A stretch of 53,188 nt of DNA. Origin: an uncultured Candidatus Peribacteria bacterium (GTDB lineage: Bacteria; Patescibacteriota; Gracilibacteria; Absconditabacterales; Absconditicoccaceae). The stretch is taken from assembly GCA_964424095.1 (NCBI GenBank), contig CAYRHE010000001.1:1-53188 (forward strand). The letters are read 5' to 3'. Within the stretch, counting starts at the first letter, position 1, and each line of letters starts with the position of its first letter. A model generated the notes under the pieces. It ran no database searches, had not been told where the DNA came from, and was given only the letters and a program-made list of their open reading frames with translations. Made by a program: the position numbers and the translations under genes. Of the stretch, positions 20,173 to 30,402 are shown in pieces.

Positions 20173-22107
20173 TTATAAAATAAATTCACTAGCAATAATA
20201 AATCATTTTAGTTTTTTTTCAATTGTATTATTTATAATTCATAAATATCAAATAACTTCATCATTCAATACTATATCAAAGGAAGCATCTTTAGACAACA
20301 AAGGAATATTTGGATTATTCTTTAATTCAATTTTAACATCTTTACTAGATTTAAATAAACTATATATTTCGGAAAAAACAACATTAAACAATCAAAAATC
20401 TTCTTTAGAAAAAGAATTTATCAAACACAAATGTTTTTTATCTCACTTTTTGGTAGATATATTTTGAACAGAGAACATTTTTCTAGGATATTTGTCTGTA
20501 TTTGATAATAATTTATCTAACATAGATAACGTCATATTATTTATCAAAACATTTTCTCATCAATTACAAACAATATTGTCTCCAAATAGAGAAGAAAAGT
20601 ATTTTGAATTTTCGCTTTGATCTGGTATAAGCCTTTTAAATAAAGGAATATCTATATGATTATATAGTTTATTAAGAAAGAAAGCATTTGTAAAATCTAG
20701 ATATTGAACAGAATCAATCTTATTTGCATTTTTTTGATTATTCACGCTATATTTCAAATCCTCGGATATAATATCAAACAATTCTCCAATAAAATCATAA
20801 GAAGAAACTAAATCAGTTCTATATTTTGGTACAGTAATATTGTATTTATTATTATCATCAGCACTATCAACTATATTTCGCCCCAATCATCAATTAGATA
20901 TTTTATTAACATCAATATTTTTTCATAAGACATCAGTTAATTCTTTCTTTATAAGATAAACAATACTGTTTTCTTGATGAACACTATCTTGTTTATAATC
21001 AGATAAAAATATTAAATTTCTAGGATCATATGATGAAAAAGATATTTCTAATAAATTATCTTTATTATGAATAATCTTTCAACCATAATATTGTTCTAAA
21101 AAATATGGGAAAGATGGAAAAAAATCATCTTTCCAATTTCAAGAAATCTGTAAAGATTTTTCTTTCACTTCACATTTAGATTGACTTTGTATCTTCTCAT
21201 AATTTCTATCGATGATACTATAGAAAATATTTTTTGAAAAAAGATCTATTCTCTTTAAATTTAGAGGACGAATAGAAAGAAATTCCTTATCTTCTACTAT
21301 TTCTATCTGAAGATCTTTCTGCTTCATTTTTATCATATCCTCATAACGCTTATCTACTACTATTGATTTAGATGCATTAAATTCCTTATTGTTTATTTCT
21401 TTTTTATTATTTACGTTATCAAGTTTCATTCAAAAAATAAACAAACGATCTTTTGTTTTATCGATTCTATCTACAAGTTCTTTGTCAATATATCATCATA
21501 CCATTGAAACATTCTTTCCACTAGATGTTCTGAACACAACTCTGAAAGAAACTGAAACAAAATAAAAAATTTTTTTTTCAATATTAGATAAATAAACTTC
21601 TTCTCACAACGATTCTTCTAAAAAATTTTTCATTAACAAGATATTCTCTTGTATATTCATTCATGATGTTCATCATTCTACCTGAGCATATTCTTTTTTA
21701 TTTTTTCTAAATAGCTTATCTAATATAAAGACTTTAGAATCATTACCTAAAATCAACTGCTTTATAAGCAATCAACTAAACTGAGATACTAATGTTTTCT
21801 TATTTTCATAGCCACCTGTATCTCCATATTTTTTATCTAAATAATGCTTAATAATATTTGTATAAGAATCCTCGCTAGATATAGAAGTATCTTTAATATC
21901 TACATATATCTGTCACTCTTTGTAGAGAGGTGAATATGTCGGTGTTAATCCCCATACCAAATTATGATTTGTATCTTGTAGAGGAGAGATATTAAGCTGA
22001 GTAAACCCATTTAGTTTTAAAAACAAGATCATTTTATCCGATAAAATATGCTCTTTGCTTTTTTCTCATATCTGCTTTATTGGAACTATATAAGAATTTA
22101 ACATCAT
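20173..22107 (-). CDS. Divergent PheRS beta-subunit-like protein lacking the C-terminal FDX-ACB (B8) domain
   Basis: ATG 22107, TAA 20173-20175, 644 aa; frame checked codon by codon from 20887 to 22125. B5-like ITVPKYRTDLVSSYDFIGELFDI. Ends ...gIINNTIEKKLKgFIIASEFIL. Confidence 0.45.
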
Positions 22108-22152
22108 TACAGCTCTTTTATATTATAATAAAACAAGTAGACAACGTGTTTT

Positions 22153-23505
22153 CTATCTTAAATGATAAGATAATTCTTGTTCTAATTTATCTCTAATTTT
22201 AAAATACATTATATTGATTTCCTCATTAGTTAATGTTTTTTCTAATGATCTAAAAGTTATTCTCATACAGACAGACTTTTTATCTGATCAAAACTTTTTA
22301 TCATTTTCAAATATATCTATTACTTTTACTTCTTCAATCAATCATCATGATATATCTCTTGCTATACCTGCTAATTCAAAAGAATCTGCCTCATTTTTTA
22401 ATTCAATCTTATCAGATTCTTTAGATTTTTTTTCATTCTCAACAAATTTATCTTTTGATGTAAGAAAGGAAATATCTTTATATACAGGAGGAAAATTACT
22501 CACTTCTTTATATTGATCTAAATTTCACCATTGAGATGTTATTCTTTCATCCTCACTCCAAAATATTCTGATATCTGGCACTTTTTTTAATGCCATTACT
22601 AACCTATCTATTCAGAAACCGAAGGCCCATCAATTATATTTATTTGCATCTATTCATAATTTTTCCAACACAGTTGGGTGTACAACTCATGCACCTAAAA
22701 CCTCTAACCATTTTCATTCAAATTCCACTTCAACTTCTAAGCTATCTGTTGTATATGGAAAACTATCTTCGTTAAATCTATATTTGATGTCATCGCCAAA
22801 CAATGCTTTTATAGTATGTTCTAATACATCCTTTAATGTATCCTGATTTATTTCTTCTTTATCTTTTGAAACTATTCTTAATCCATCTATCTGATGAAAA
22901 CATTCATGATGTGTCTTATCTAAATCATCGACACGATAAACTTTTCAAAAAGACAATGCTTTTACCTCGCCTGTTTTTTCTAAATATTCTTTTGCTTTAC
23001 CTTCCAATAGATAATAATACCACATCACAGATGTATGTGGTCTCAATAAAACACTTTCCTTTTTCTCTTCTGATTTATTAATAAAATAACTATCACTAGG
23101 TCTTCTTGCTACGTGATCTTCTTGAAAATTAAACAAGTCAAACGTTTCCCATTCTGATACAAATTGTGGAACTTCAACACTATCAAATCAAGCAAAAAAA
23201 TCTGAATTATAAATTTTTTTCATAACTAAATTGATTGGATGCCCTTCTTGTCTAGATAAATCTGGCATCGATAATACTCTCATAATACGATTATAATAGG
23301 CTACTTCCTTTGGCGCTAATGTATCATCTTTTAATTTTTCTTCTAAATATTTAAACCATGCCTCATCATTTCCAGATATTTTTATCTTATTGCGATTTTC
23401 AGATACTAATCAAAAAATTTCTTTTTTCATATTTATATCATCTTTTCTTTTTTCGTTATTGTTTTCATTAAATACATCACTCTTATTTATTGTACCCATT
23501 TCCAT
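22153..23505 (-). CDS. Mitochondrial-type (FARS2-like) single-chain phenylalanyl-tRNA synthetase: class II core plus FDX-ACB domain
   Basis: ATG 23505, TAG 22153-22155, 450 aa. LRPHTS, FgKVYRVDDLDKTHHECFHQIDGL (motif 2), gKWLEVLGAgVVHP...gWAFGFgIDRLVMALKKVPDIRIFWSEDERI (motif 3), then [10 protein letters not shown]...SVCMRITFRSLEKTLTNEEI. Confidence 0.85.
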
Positions 23506-23610
23506 ATATTATAAATATAAAAACAACTATTTTATATATTTTATATATATAAAATCAAGTGTAAAGATATTTCATCACAACATTTCAGAATTACAGCAAT
23601 TGAATTTAGA

Positions 23611-23772
23611 CATTATCTCCTATATACTATCCAAACACAATCAAAATCTATACTTCTTTCAAGACTCCTCTATTTTCCAGCATCATCCCAAACTCTCAAA
23701 AACTATAAACCTCCTCTAGAATCTCGCTATACTTCCACCCTCAGGGTTCAGAACATAATTCAGTAAGTCCAA
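23611..23772. repeat. Cassette-boundary direct repeat, copy 2 of 3
   Basis: See 14401-14570. Same order and orientation of conserved blocks. Confidence 0.7.
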
Positions 23773-23910
23773 TCACTCGCTATAGAGATACAATTTATCA
23801 TGAGTCCCTATTTTCCTGTCCATGATATTGGACCAAGCGTATTTTTCGTATTCACCGACAAAAAACCCATCAGCACCAAGTTCTTTGTTTTGTGTATCAA
23901 TATCAGACAT
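23716..23910 (-). CDS. Small hypothetical ORF whose 3' end lies in the boundary repeat
   Basis: 64 aa, MSDIDTQNKELGADGFFV...EgLDLLNYVLNPEGGSIARF. Only the C-terminal ~20 aa resemble ORF 14510-14824. Confidence 0.3.
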
Positions 23911-23928
23911 AAACTTGTAAATCAACGC

Positions 23929-24786
23929 TTAGTTTTTATGTGATAAAATAAACTGATATATCTCTGGGAAATTGAAATCGTAGTTGTCTTTGAGGACAGG
24001 ATTGAGATCAGTCAATACTTGTTGTTCCAAAAGATTATAGACCTTATCTATTGTATATTTAAAATCTACTTCTTCTAGTTTTTTATGCACAAGTTGTTTG
24101 AATCCTTTATCTTCAAAATCAAATTCGGTATTGTTTTTGATATATCGTATATCAAAAAAATCTCTAATTGCTGGCTCTTTTCTTGTAAGGCTTGCTCTAG
24201 TTTTTTCAGCTACCGATTCTTTTAGATCTATACAGTTTATTGTGTGGTTTTGAAAAATAGTTTCTTCCAACACGCTGTCTTTATATATTGCAATAATAGA
24301 TTTTTGGATACTTGGAAGCATTAAACTTTTTTTGAGAGAAAAATCTATTTTGATGGTTTGTATAGAATTGTCCAATGTTGATTCATATTCAAAAACAAAC
24401 ATTGCCAGTTTATGTTCATCAAATTTTGTTCTTTCAGGCTTGAGTTTTATATCCAATATTTTGAGATCATCAATAAAATTCTTCTCGTATTCTTTCAATA
24501 AAGTCTGTCTAGCTGATCTTCCTAGTTCTTTATTGATAACAAAATCCAAATCTTCGCTTAGTCTAAAATATGGAAAATAGATTTTATTTAGACAAGTTCA
24601 TCATTTAAATATTAAATCTGGATATTTTTCTCAAAATTTAATCAAAATTAATGTCAGTAAAAAATCTTTTTCTAATTTATACTCATCAAATTTTCATGTG
24701 TTTGATTTTTTTAGTATAGATAAAAACTCTTCTTTTGACAGATTTTGATATTTGGGCAAAAAATCGTTTATATAATCTATAAACAT
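23929..24786 (-). CDS. AbiEii/AbiGii-family nucleotidyltransferase toxin (DUF1814)
   Basis: ATG 24786, stop 23929-23931, 285 aa. Extends track ORF 23929-24549 upstream through TGA. FKggTCLNKIYFPYFRLSEDLDF. Confidence 0.75.
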
Positions 24787-25361
24787 AATGCTGATATTTT
24801 AGTATATAAATTCTTGCTTACGTATTTTTTGGCTAATGTTTGTAACTGTTTCTTGTTTATTGTTGATGGTAATGTGTCGAATTTTTTATTTTCTTTGATA
24901 AGTTGTATAAAAACTCTTTCTTTTGACATAACTTTGTATAAGTATTTATCGACTTTTTGCTCTATACCACCATAAAAGAAACTCTCTCTTTGTCTGACAA
25001 AAATAAATTTACATGGTCCAATTATTTTCTTTCATGAATATTTGGTGTTGTATATGGTATACCGTTCTGCTACCTGCTCTGAAAACCCATATCTATTATA
25101 AATACTAAGTCATCCAAACATATATGTATCATCTCACATATAAAGAGCACCAACCACAAAAGGATTTACAAAACTTCTTGATTTGTTGTTTATATATCGT
25201 TTATCTCTTTTGATTGGAGTAAGAAGTCATTTGGTACACAAATCTTCTATACTATAGTTGGGGGCAAATTTATCCAAAATTTTTGTCAAAAAATCCTTTT
25301 GTACAAAGGTTTGTCCGCAAATTGTTAGTTTTTCCCTAATAATAGCTATTTTGTTTTCCAT
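24777..25361 (-). CDS. AbiEi-like antitoxin/transcriptional regulator (type IV TA)
   Basis: ATG 25361, TAG 24777-24779, 194 aa. Its stop overlaps the toxin start (ATGTTTATAG). Position and size are typical of an AbiE pair. Confidence 0.55.
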
Positions 25362-25380
25362 TTAATTTGTAGTAGTAAAA

Positions 25381-25396
25381 CCTACAATATTGTAGG
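25381..25396. promoter_or_regulatory. Perfect 16-bp palindrome between the -10 box and the AbiEi start (candidate autoregulatory operator)
   Basis: cctacaatattgtagg. The minus-strand TATAAT box lies at 25399-25404 immediately upstream. Confidence 0.4.
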
Positions 25397-25426
25397 GTAT
25401 TATACTACGAAATCAAGACAATTTTT

Positions 25427-25490
25427 AATATCCTACATACTATCCAAAATACAATCAGATTCTAATTTCTTTCTATAACTACCCTAAAAT
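25427..25490. repeat. Cassette-boundary direct repeat, copy 3 (distal part only)
   Basis: aatatcctacatactatccaaaatacaatcagattctaatttctttctataactaccct aligns with 14404-14468. It starts 1 nt after the Fic stop. Confidence 0.6.
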
Positions 25491-26558
25491 TTATCAAGAA
25501 ATATTTTGTAAAAGAGCAAAAAGTTTGGTATTGATATAATAATTATCTCTACCAGATTTTATTTTTTTTAATATTCAGATTTTTACTAATTCTTCCAAAT
25601 ATTTAACCGCTGTGATACGGGTACATCACAAATCTTTTCTTAAAAATTCTACTCTGGTATAGGGATGTTTGAATATATTATTTAATAATTCTTGACTATA
25701 TATTTTGGGTAATCTTGATCTAATAGTGTGTTTGTATTCCATCATCAGATTTTTTATGTTTTTGATAAGTATTATTGTGTGTTTAGCTGTTTGTTCTATC
25801 ATTTCCAACATCCAAATAACCCAAGCTTCCCAAGTTCACTGATCACGAACTGTTTGTAAATAATTATAATAATCGTTTTTGTGTTTATTTATGCTTCTAC
25901 TAAGATACAAAATAGGGCTATCCAAAAGTCACTCTTTAACCAAATATAAAACATTTATAACACGACCGACTCTACCATTTGCATCATAAAACGGATGAAT
26001 GCTTTCAAACTGATGGTGAATTATCGACATTTTGATCAAAGGGTCTAATTGACTTGGCGTATTAATAAACCACTCTAAATCTGACATTAAATCAACAATT
26101 TCTTTGTGAGATTGTGGGGGGGTATATATTATTTCGCCTGTTTTGTCATTTTTTAGTTCTGTTCATGGCAATTTTCTGATTCATGCATTATTTTCTTCGA
26201 TCATTTGCTGTAATTGTATAATATCTTTTGTAGTAATTAGATTGCTTTTGACAACACTTTGATATCAATAAAACAAAGCATCTGCATAATTATATACTTC
26301 TTTTGCAGGAATACTTGTAAAGTATTTTTTTTTGGTATTGCTTTGGTATAATTCATCATTGGTAGTTATAATATTTTCTATTTCAGAACTTTCTTTGGCT
26401 TCTTGTAAACTCAATGTAGTAATCAAAATAAACATGCTGGGTATTGTTTCAGCAAGACCTTTTAACTCTCACAAAGATTTGTGAGTTTGAGAAAGTTGTT
26501 TTAAAACTCAAATGGTTTCAAAATCGTATGTGTTTAATAATTGCGCAATTTTTTGCAT
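25491..26558 (-). CDS. Fic/DOC family protein with C-terminal winged-helix domain
   Basis: ATG 26558, TAA 25491-25493, 355 aa. HPFYDANGRVGR (HxFx[DE]GNGRxxR). Same frame as track ORF 25626-25811. Confidence 0.85.
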
Positions 26559-26730
26559 ATTATACAAGATATGTATAAAAAAACCTATTTTGTATATATA
26601 TTATATAGATGTGTATATATTTTGCAAGTTTTTTTATATATATTTTTCATTCAGCAAAAACCTCAAACGATTAAACAGATTAATCATAGTTTCAAATCCC
26701 TGAGATTTTTTTTTATTTGATTTAAAAAAA

Positions 26731-26754
26731 ACTCAAATCATTTTTGATTTGAGT
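26731..26754 (-). terminator. asnS terminator
   Basis: actcaaatc-attttt-gatttgagt. On the minus strand it is followed by TTTTTTTT. Confidence 0.65.
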
Positions 26755-26774
26755 CATAATTTTAAATATATAGA

Positions 26775-28166
26775 TTAGAAATCACAAGTTTTTGGAGCTC
26801 TTGGAAAAGGAATAACATCACGAATATTTTCCATACCTGTTATATACATCATCAATCTTTCGAATCATACTCCAAATCAAGCATGAGGAACTGTTCCATA
26901 TTTTCTGAGATCAAGATATCGTCAATAATCTTCTATATTTAGTCACATATCTTTGATTTTTTGTTCCAAAACATCAAGTCTCTCCTCTCTTTGACTTCAT
27001 CAAATAATCTCTCAAACTCCTGGTACTAAAAGATCTGTAGCAGCGACTGTTTTTTTGTCTTCATTGAGTCTCATATAAAACGCTTTGATATCTTTTGGAT
27101 AGTCAGTAACAAAAACTGGTCAATTGTAGATTCTTTCTGAAATATATCTTTCGTGTTCTGTCTGTAAATCAATACCTCGCTCTACAGGATATTCAAATTT
27201 TTGTCCAGATTTTTTGAGAATTTCTACAGCTTGTGTATAGGTAACTCTAGCAAAATCTGAATTTACTAATTTTTGTAATCTGGTTTTCACTTCTGGATTG
27301 ATAAATTGAGCAAAAAAGTCCATTTCTGCATCAGCATTATCCAATATATATTTGAAAGCGTATTTTATTAATCATTCTGCAAGATTCATATCATCATTGA
27401 GATCTGCGAAAGCAATTTCTGGTTCTATCATCCAAAATTCTGAAAGGTGCTTTGTTGTATTACTGTTTTCAGCCCTAAATGTAGGTCAAAATGTATAAAT
27501 TTTACCAAAAGCACATGCAAAAGTTTCTCAATTTAATTGTCAACTTACTGTCAGAGACGTTTCTTTTCCAAAAAAATCTTTGGAATAATCAACTTTCCCT
27601 TCAGGGGTTTTGGGAAGGTTTACCATGTCTAACGTAGAAATTCTAAACATTTCTCATGCTCATTCGCAATCACTTCCTGTAATAATTGGCGTGTGTGCTC
27701 GTATAAATCACTCTTTACGAAAATATTCGTGTATTGCAAAAGCCAATAAACTTCTAACTCTAAAAACAGCTGAAAACGTATTTGATCTTGGTCTAAGGTG
27801 TGCAATTTCACGAAGATATTCGAAGCTATGTCATTTTTTTTGTAATGGATAATCAGTTGGACAACCACCAACAAGAGTTATTTTTGTTGCCTTAATTTCA
27901 AATGTTTGTTTAGCTCATTGAGAAGCTACCAAAACTCATTCGACACTAATAGAAGAACCAGTTGTAAATTTACAAATATCATCAAAATTTGATAAATCGT
28001 TTTCAAATACTACTTGAATATTTTTTAGATAAGATCAATCATTGAGTTCTATAAATCCAAACGTTTTGGAATCTCTTACACTTCTTATCCATCAATTAAT
28101 AGCGATATTTTGATTAAGGAATGATTTATAGTCGCTAAAAATACTCATAATAGCAGTTGTCTTCAT
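26775..28166 (-). CDS. asnS: Asparaginyl-tRNA synthetase
   Basis: ATG 28166, TAA 26775-26777, 463 aa. N-terminus ...[23 protein letters not shown]. C-terminus [20 protein letters not shown]. Confidence 0.9.
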
Positions 28167-28255
28167 ATATCTAAGAGAAAAAAATAAATTACTATTATCT
28201 TATAACGTTTTACTTTTTGAATGCAATATTTTAAAAGATTTTTTGTTTACAATAC

Positions 28256-28902
28256 AAAAAAACCTTAGAAAAAATCTAAGGTTTTAATAAATCTTATCAA
28301 AAGAACAAGGACTTATGAAGATAAACAATGAAATATTACAAATTAATAAAAATATAATAAAACAAAGAAAGGTTTCAAAAGTCCAATATTGAAATAACAC
28401 TATCTTTACTATAATATGAAGATGAATAAACAAACAACATATTTTGCAAAGCAGACCTTTTTATCTTTAATCTTTTGTCTGATATTTCTTTTTTGAGAAA
28501 TATAATATTTGCAATAAAGAATAAATCTTTAAATAGTCTGAATAAACAGAAATATCAAAATATAATATACCAAACAATAAATAAAACATAAATCAATCCT
28601 AATGTAAGAAAATCCAATAAAGAATAAAACAAACATAAAGAATAAATTCAGAATTTAATTATTTGCATGATATAATGGTATAAATCAAATCTAGATAATA
28701 ATCAATTTAACTAAACCCAAAGAGAATAATTAATTTGAAATACCGATAGAAATAATAAACACCAAATTATAAACTAAATTTTAATAATAAAATCAGAATA
28801 TAAATTACATAAGATACAAAAATAGTTTAATCAATTTGTTCTATGATAAAGATCCAACATCATACAGATATCAATTTTTTACAATCAACATCTTTTGATG
28901 AC
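28256..28902 (-). ncRNA. Large candidate non-coding RNA, locus X (paralog of 44903-45526)
   Basis: Promoter TTGACA-16-TATACT upstream; terminator hairpin 28262-28282 plus U-run. Shares exact blocks of 25 nt (28831-28855) and 23 nt (28290-28312) with locus Y. Has no ORF conserved in Y. Confidence 0.5.
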
Positions 28903-28908
28903 AGTATA

Positions 28909-28936
28909 AGTATAATCGATTTTTTTTATTTGTCAA
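28909..28936 (-). promoter_or_regulatory. Consensus sigma70-type promoter of locus X
   Basis: Minus strand TTGACA (28936-28931), 16 nt, TATACT (28914-28909), followed by TATACTGTCATCAAAAGATG as in locus Y. Confidence 0.55.
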
Positions 28937-29057
28937 ATTTTTAGTGACTTTTTTTGTGGGTTGTATAAACAAGTTTAGAACTTAGTTTACTCTGTTTTAT
29001 AATTTTATTATTACAAAATCACAAATAAAATTTTATTTGTTTTACATAAAAAAAATT

Positions 29058-29576
29058 TTATATTCTTTTAAAAATAAAATCTACAATAAATCCTTGTACA
29101 AAAGCAAAGAAAAATAAAACGACTATAAAAAGAATAGAAAATTTTATGCCAAAATAAGGAATCATTATTGGAAGCATTGGTAGTTTTATGGCTCTAGCAT
29201 AACTAAATGCTGCTATATGTCACAAAGTTAATCATATTTTGTGTGAATCCCTTAACAATCAATACCATAAATATATAGGACCTGAAGATGCTATACCAAA
29301 AACAACAGAGAAAATTGTTTTTTTGAAATATCACCCTTTTTTGAGGTATGAAGTTACTTTTTTATTTGAGACAAGAATATTAAACAAAAAAATAAATAAA
29401 GAAATCAACAATAATGTAGGTAAAATTTCAACAAACATCTTTCAAAAATTTTTTAGTATTATTAGAGTACTAGAAGAGTCAAAAAGTATTGTCAATATAT
29501 ACAAAAAAATAACCATCAATAAAAATAGCCAATTTCATCAGATTTTATCTTTTGCAATAATATATCGTTTCCACAT
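29058..29576 (-). CDS. Predicted permease, C-terminal-half subunit (split two-gene permease)
   Basis: The ATG overlaps the upstream stop (TAATG). TAA 29058-29060, 172 aa, polytopic, TGA=Gly. Confidence 0.5.
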
Positions 29577-29995
29577 TAAAAAATTATATATAATAAAGCT
29601 ATTGTATAAGCTCAAATCAAACTAAAAATAAAAGCTAATATATTTCTGATTATAGTATATTTTTTGCCAAAATAATAAGATTCTGCTGGAATTTGTACGA
29701 TTCCTACAGTAACCCAAGAAATAAGAAAAGTTCAAATAATTATTACATTATCTGCTATTGGTCAAAATTCACTAGCTATAATATAAGAGTTTATAGGATT
29801 GCCTGCAAATAAACCTCACAAAATATCGACAAAAATTGCGAGTAAAAATTTGTTTTCTATTGTATACAAAAAAGACATGGATACATAATTTTTGATCAAT
29901 ACAATCAAAAGTAGTATACCCAAAATAATAGGTAAATTAATCCAAAAACCAATTACCATTTGTTTAAATCAGATTGCTATTGTTTTTTTATTCAT
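29576..29995 (-). CDS. Predicted permease, N-terminal-half subunit
   Basis: ATG 29995, TAA 29576-29578, 139 aa, polytopic. Confidence 0.5.
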
Positions 29996-29996
29996 A

Positions 29997-30263
29997 CTAA
30001 GAAACTATTTCATAAACAATACCATACTCATCCAATTTGTTTTTCATGTTGTCTCATATTTTCTTTGCTATAAACTTTTCACATCATTCTTCTTTTAATA
30101 AATCAGCAACAGCAAAACCTGCTCATCATCATGAAACAAATGGATTTTTGACAAATTTTACAAATTGATCATCATCAAAAATAGCAAAAAATGGTGCTCT
30201 TGCAGCGTTATCTGCAATTGAAGCGTTTTGGTCTTCTTCCAAAATAGGTTTTATCGTACGCAT
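29997..30263 (-). CDS. NifB/NifX-domain (dinitrogenase FeMo-cofactor-binding fold) small protein
   Basis: ATG 30263, TAG 29997-29999, 88 aa. ...APFFAIFDDD...PFVSgggAGFAVADLL...gDNMKNKLDEYGIVY resembles the family pattern. Confidence 0.55.
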
Positions 30264-30402
30264 GATATAATAGTTACGATATAAAGATACTTATTTTTAG
30301 TCTTTTAAAGTTATAATACAAACATAAATTCTAGTTATTTTTATATCTTGATTTTTCTTCTAATCTAAATAACTTATTTATATCTTTATTTAATTGATAT
30401 TT

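Noticed and set aside
28336-28668. 110-codon (TGA=Gly) very hydrophobic ORF on the minus strand in the asnS-upstream gap.
   Set aside because: It falls inside ncRNA locus X. The homologous stretch of locus Y has no ORF. Its F/I/L/Y-rich composition is what any A-rich complement gives in this genome, and it has no Shine-Dalgarno.
28256-28902. T-box riboswitch leader for asnS.
   Set aside because: It is far longer than a T-box. I saw no T-box consensus (AAnnnGGGUGGUACCGCG-like) and no specifier/antiterminator layout. The paralog (locus Y) has no downstream gene on its strand, and asnS has its own candidate promoter.
30237-30263. Apparent frameshift at the 5' end of the NifX-like gene.
   Set aside because: It was caused by my miscounting an A-run (four A at 30241-30244). 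With the correct sequence the ATG at 30263 is in frame.
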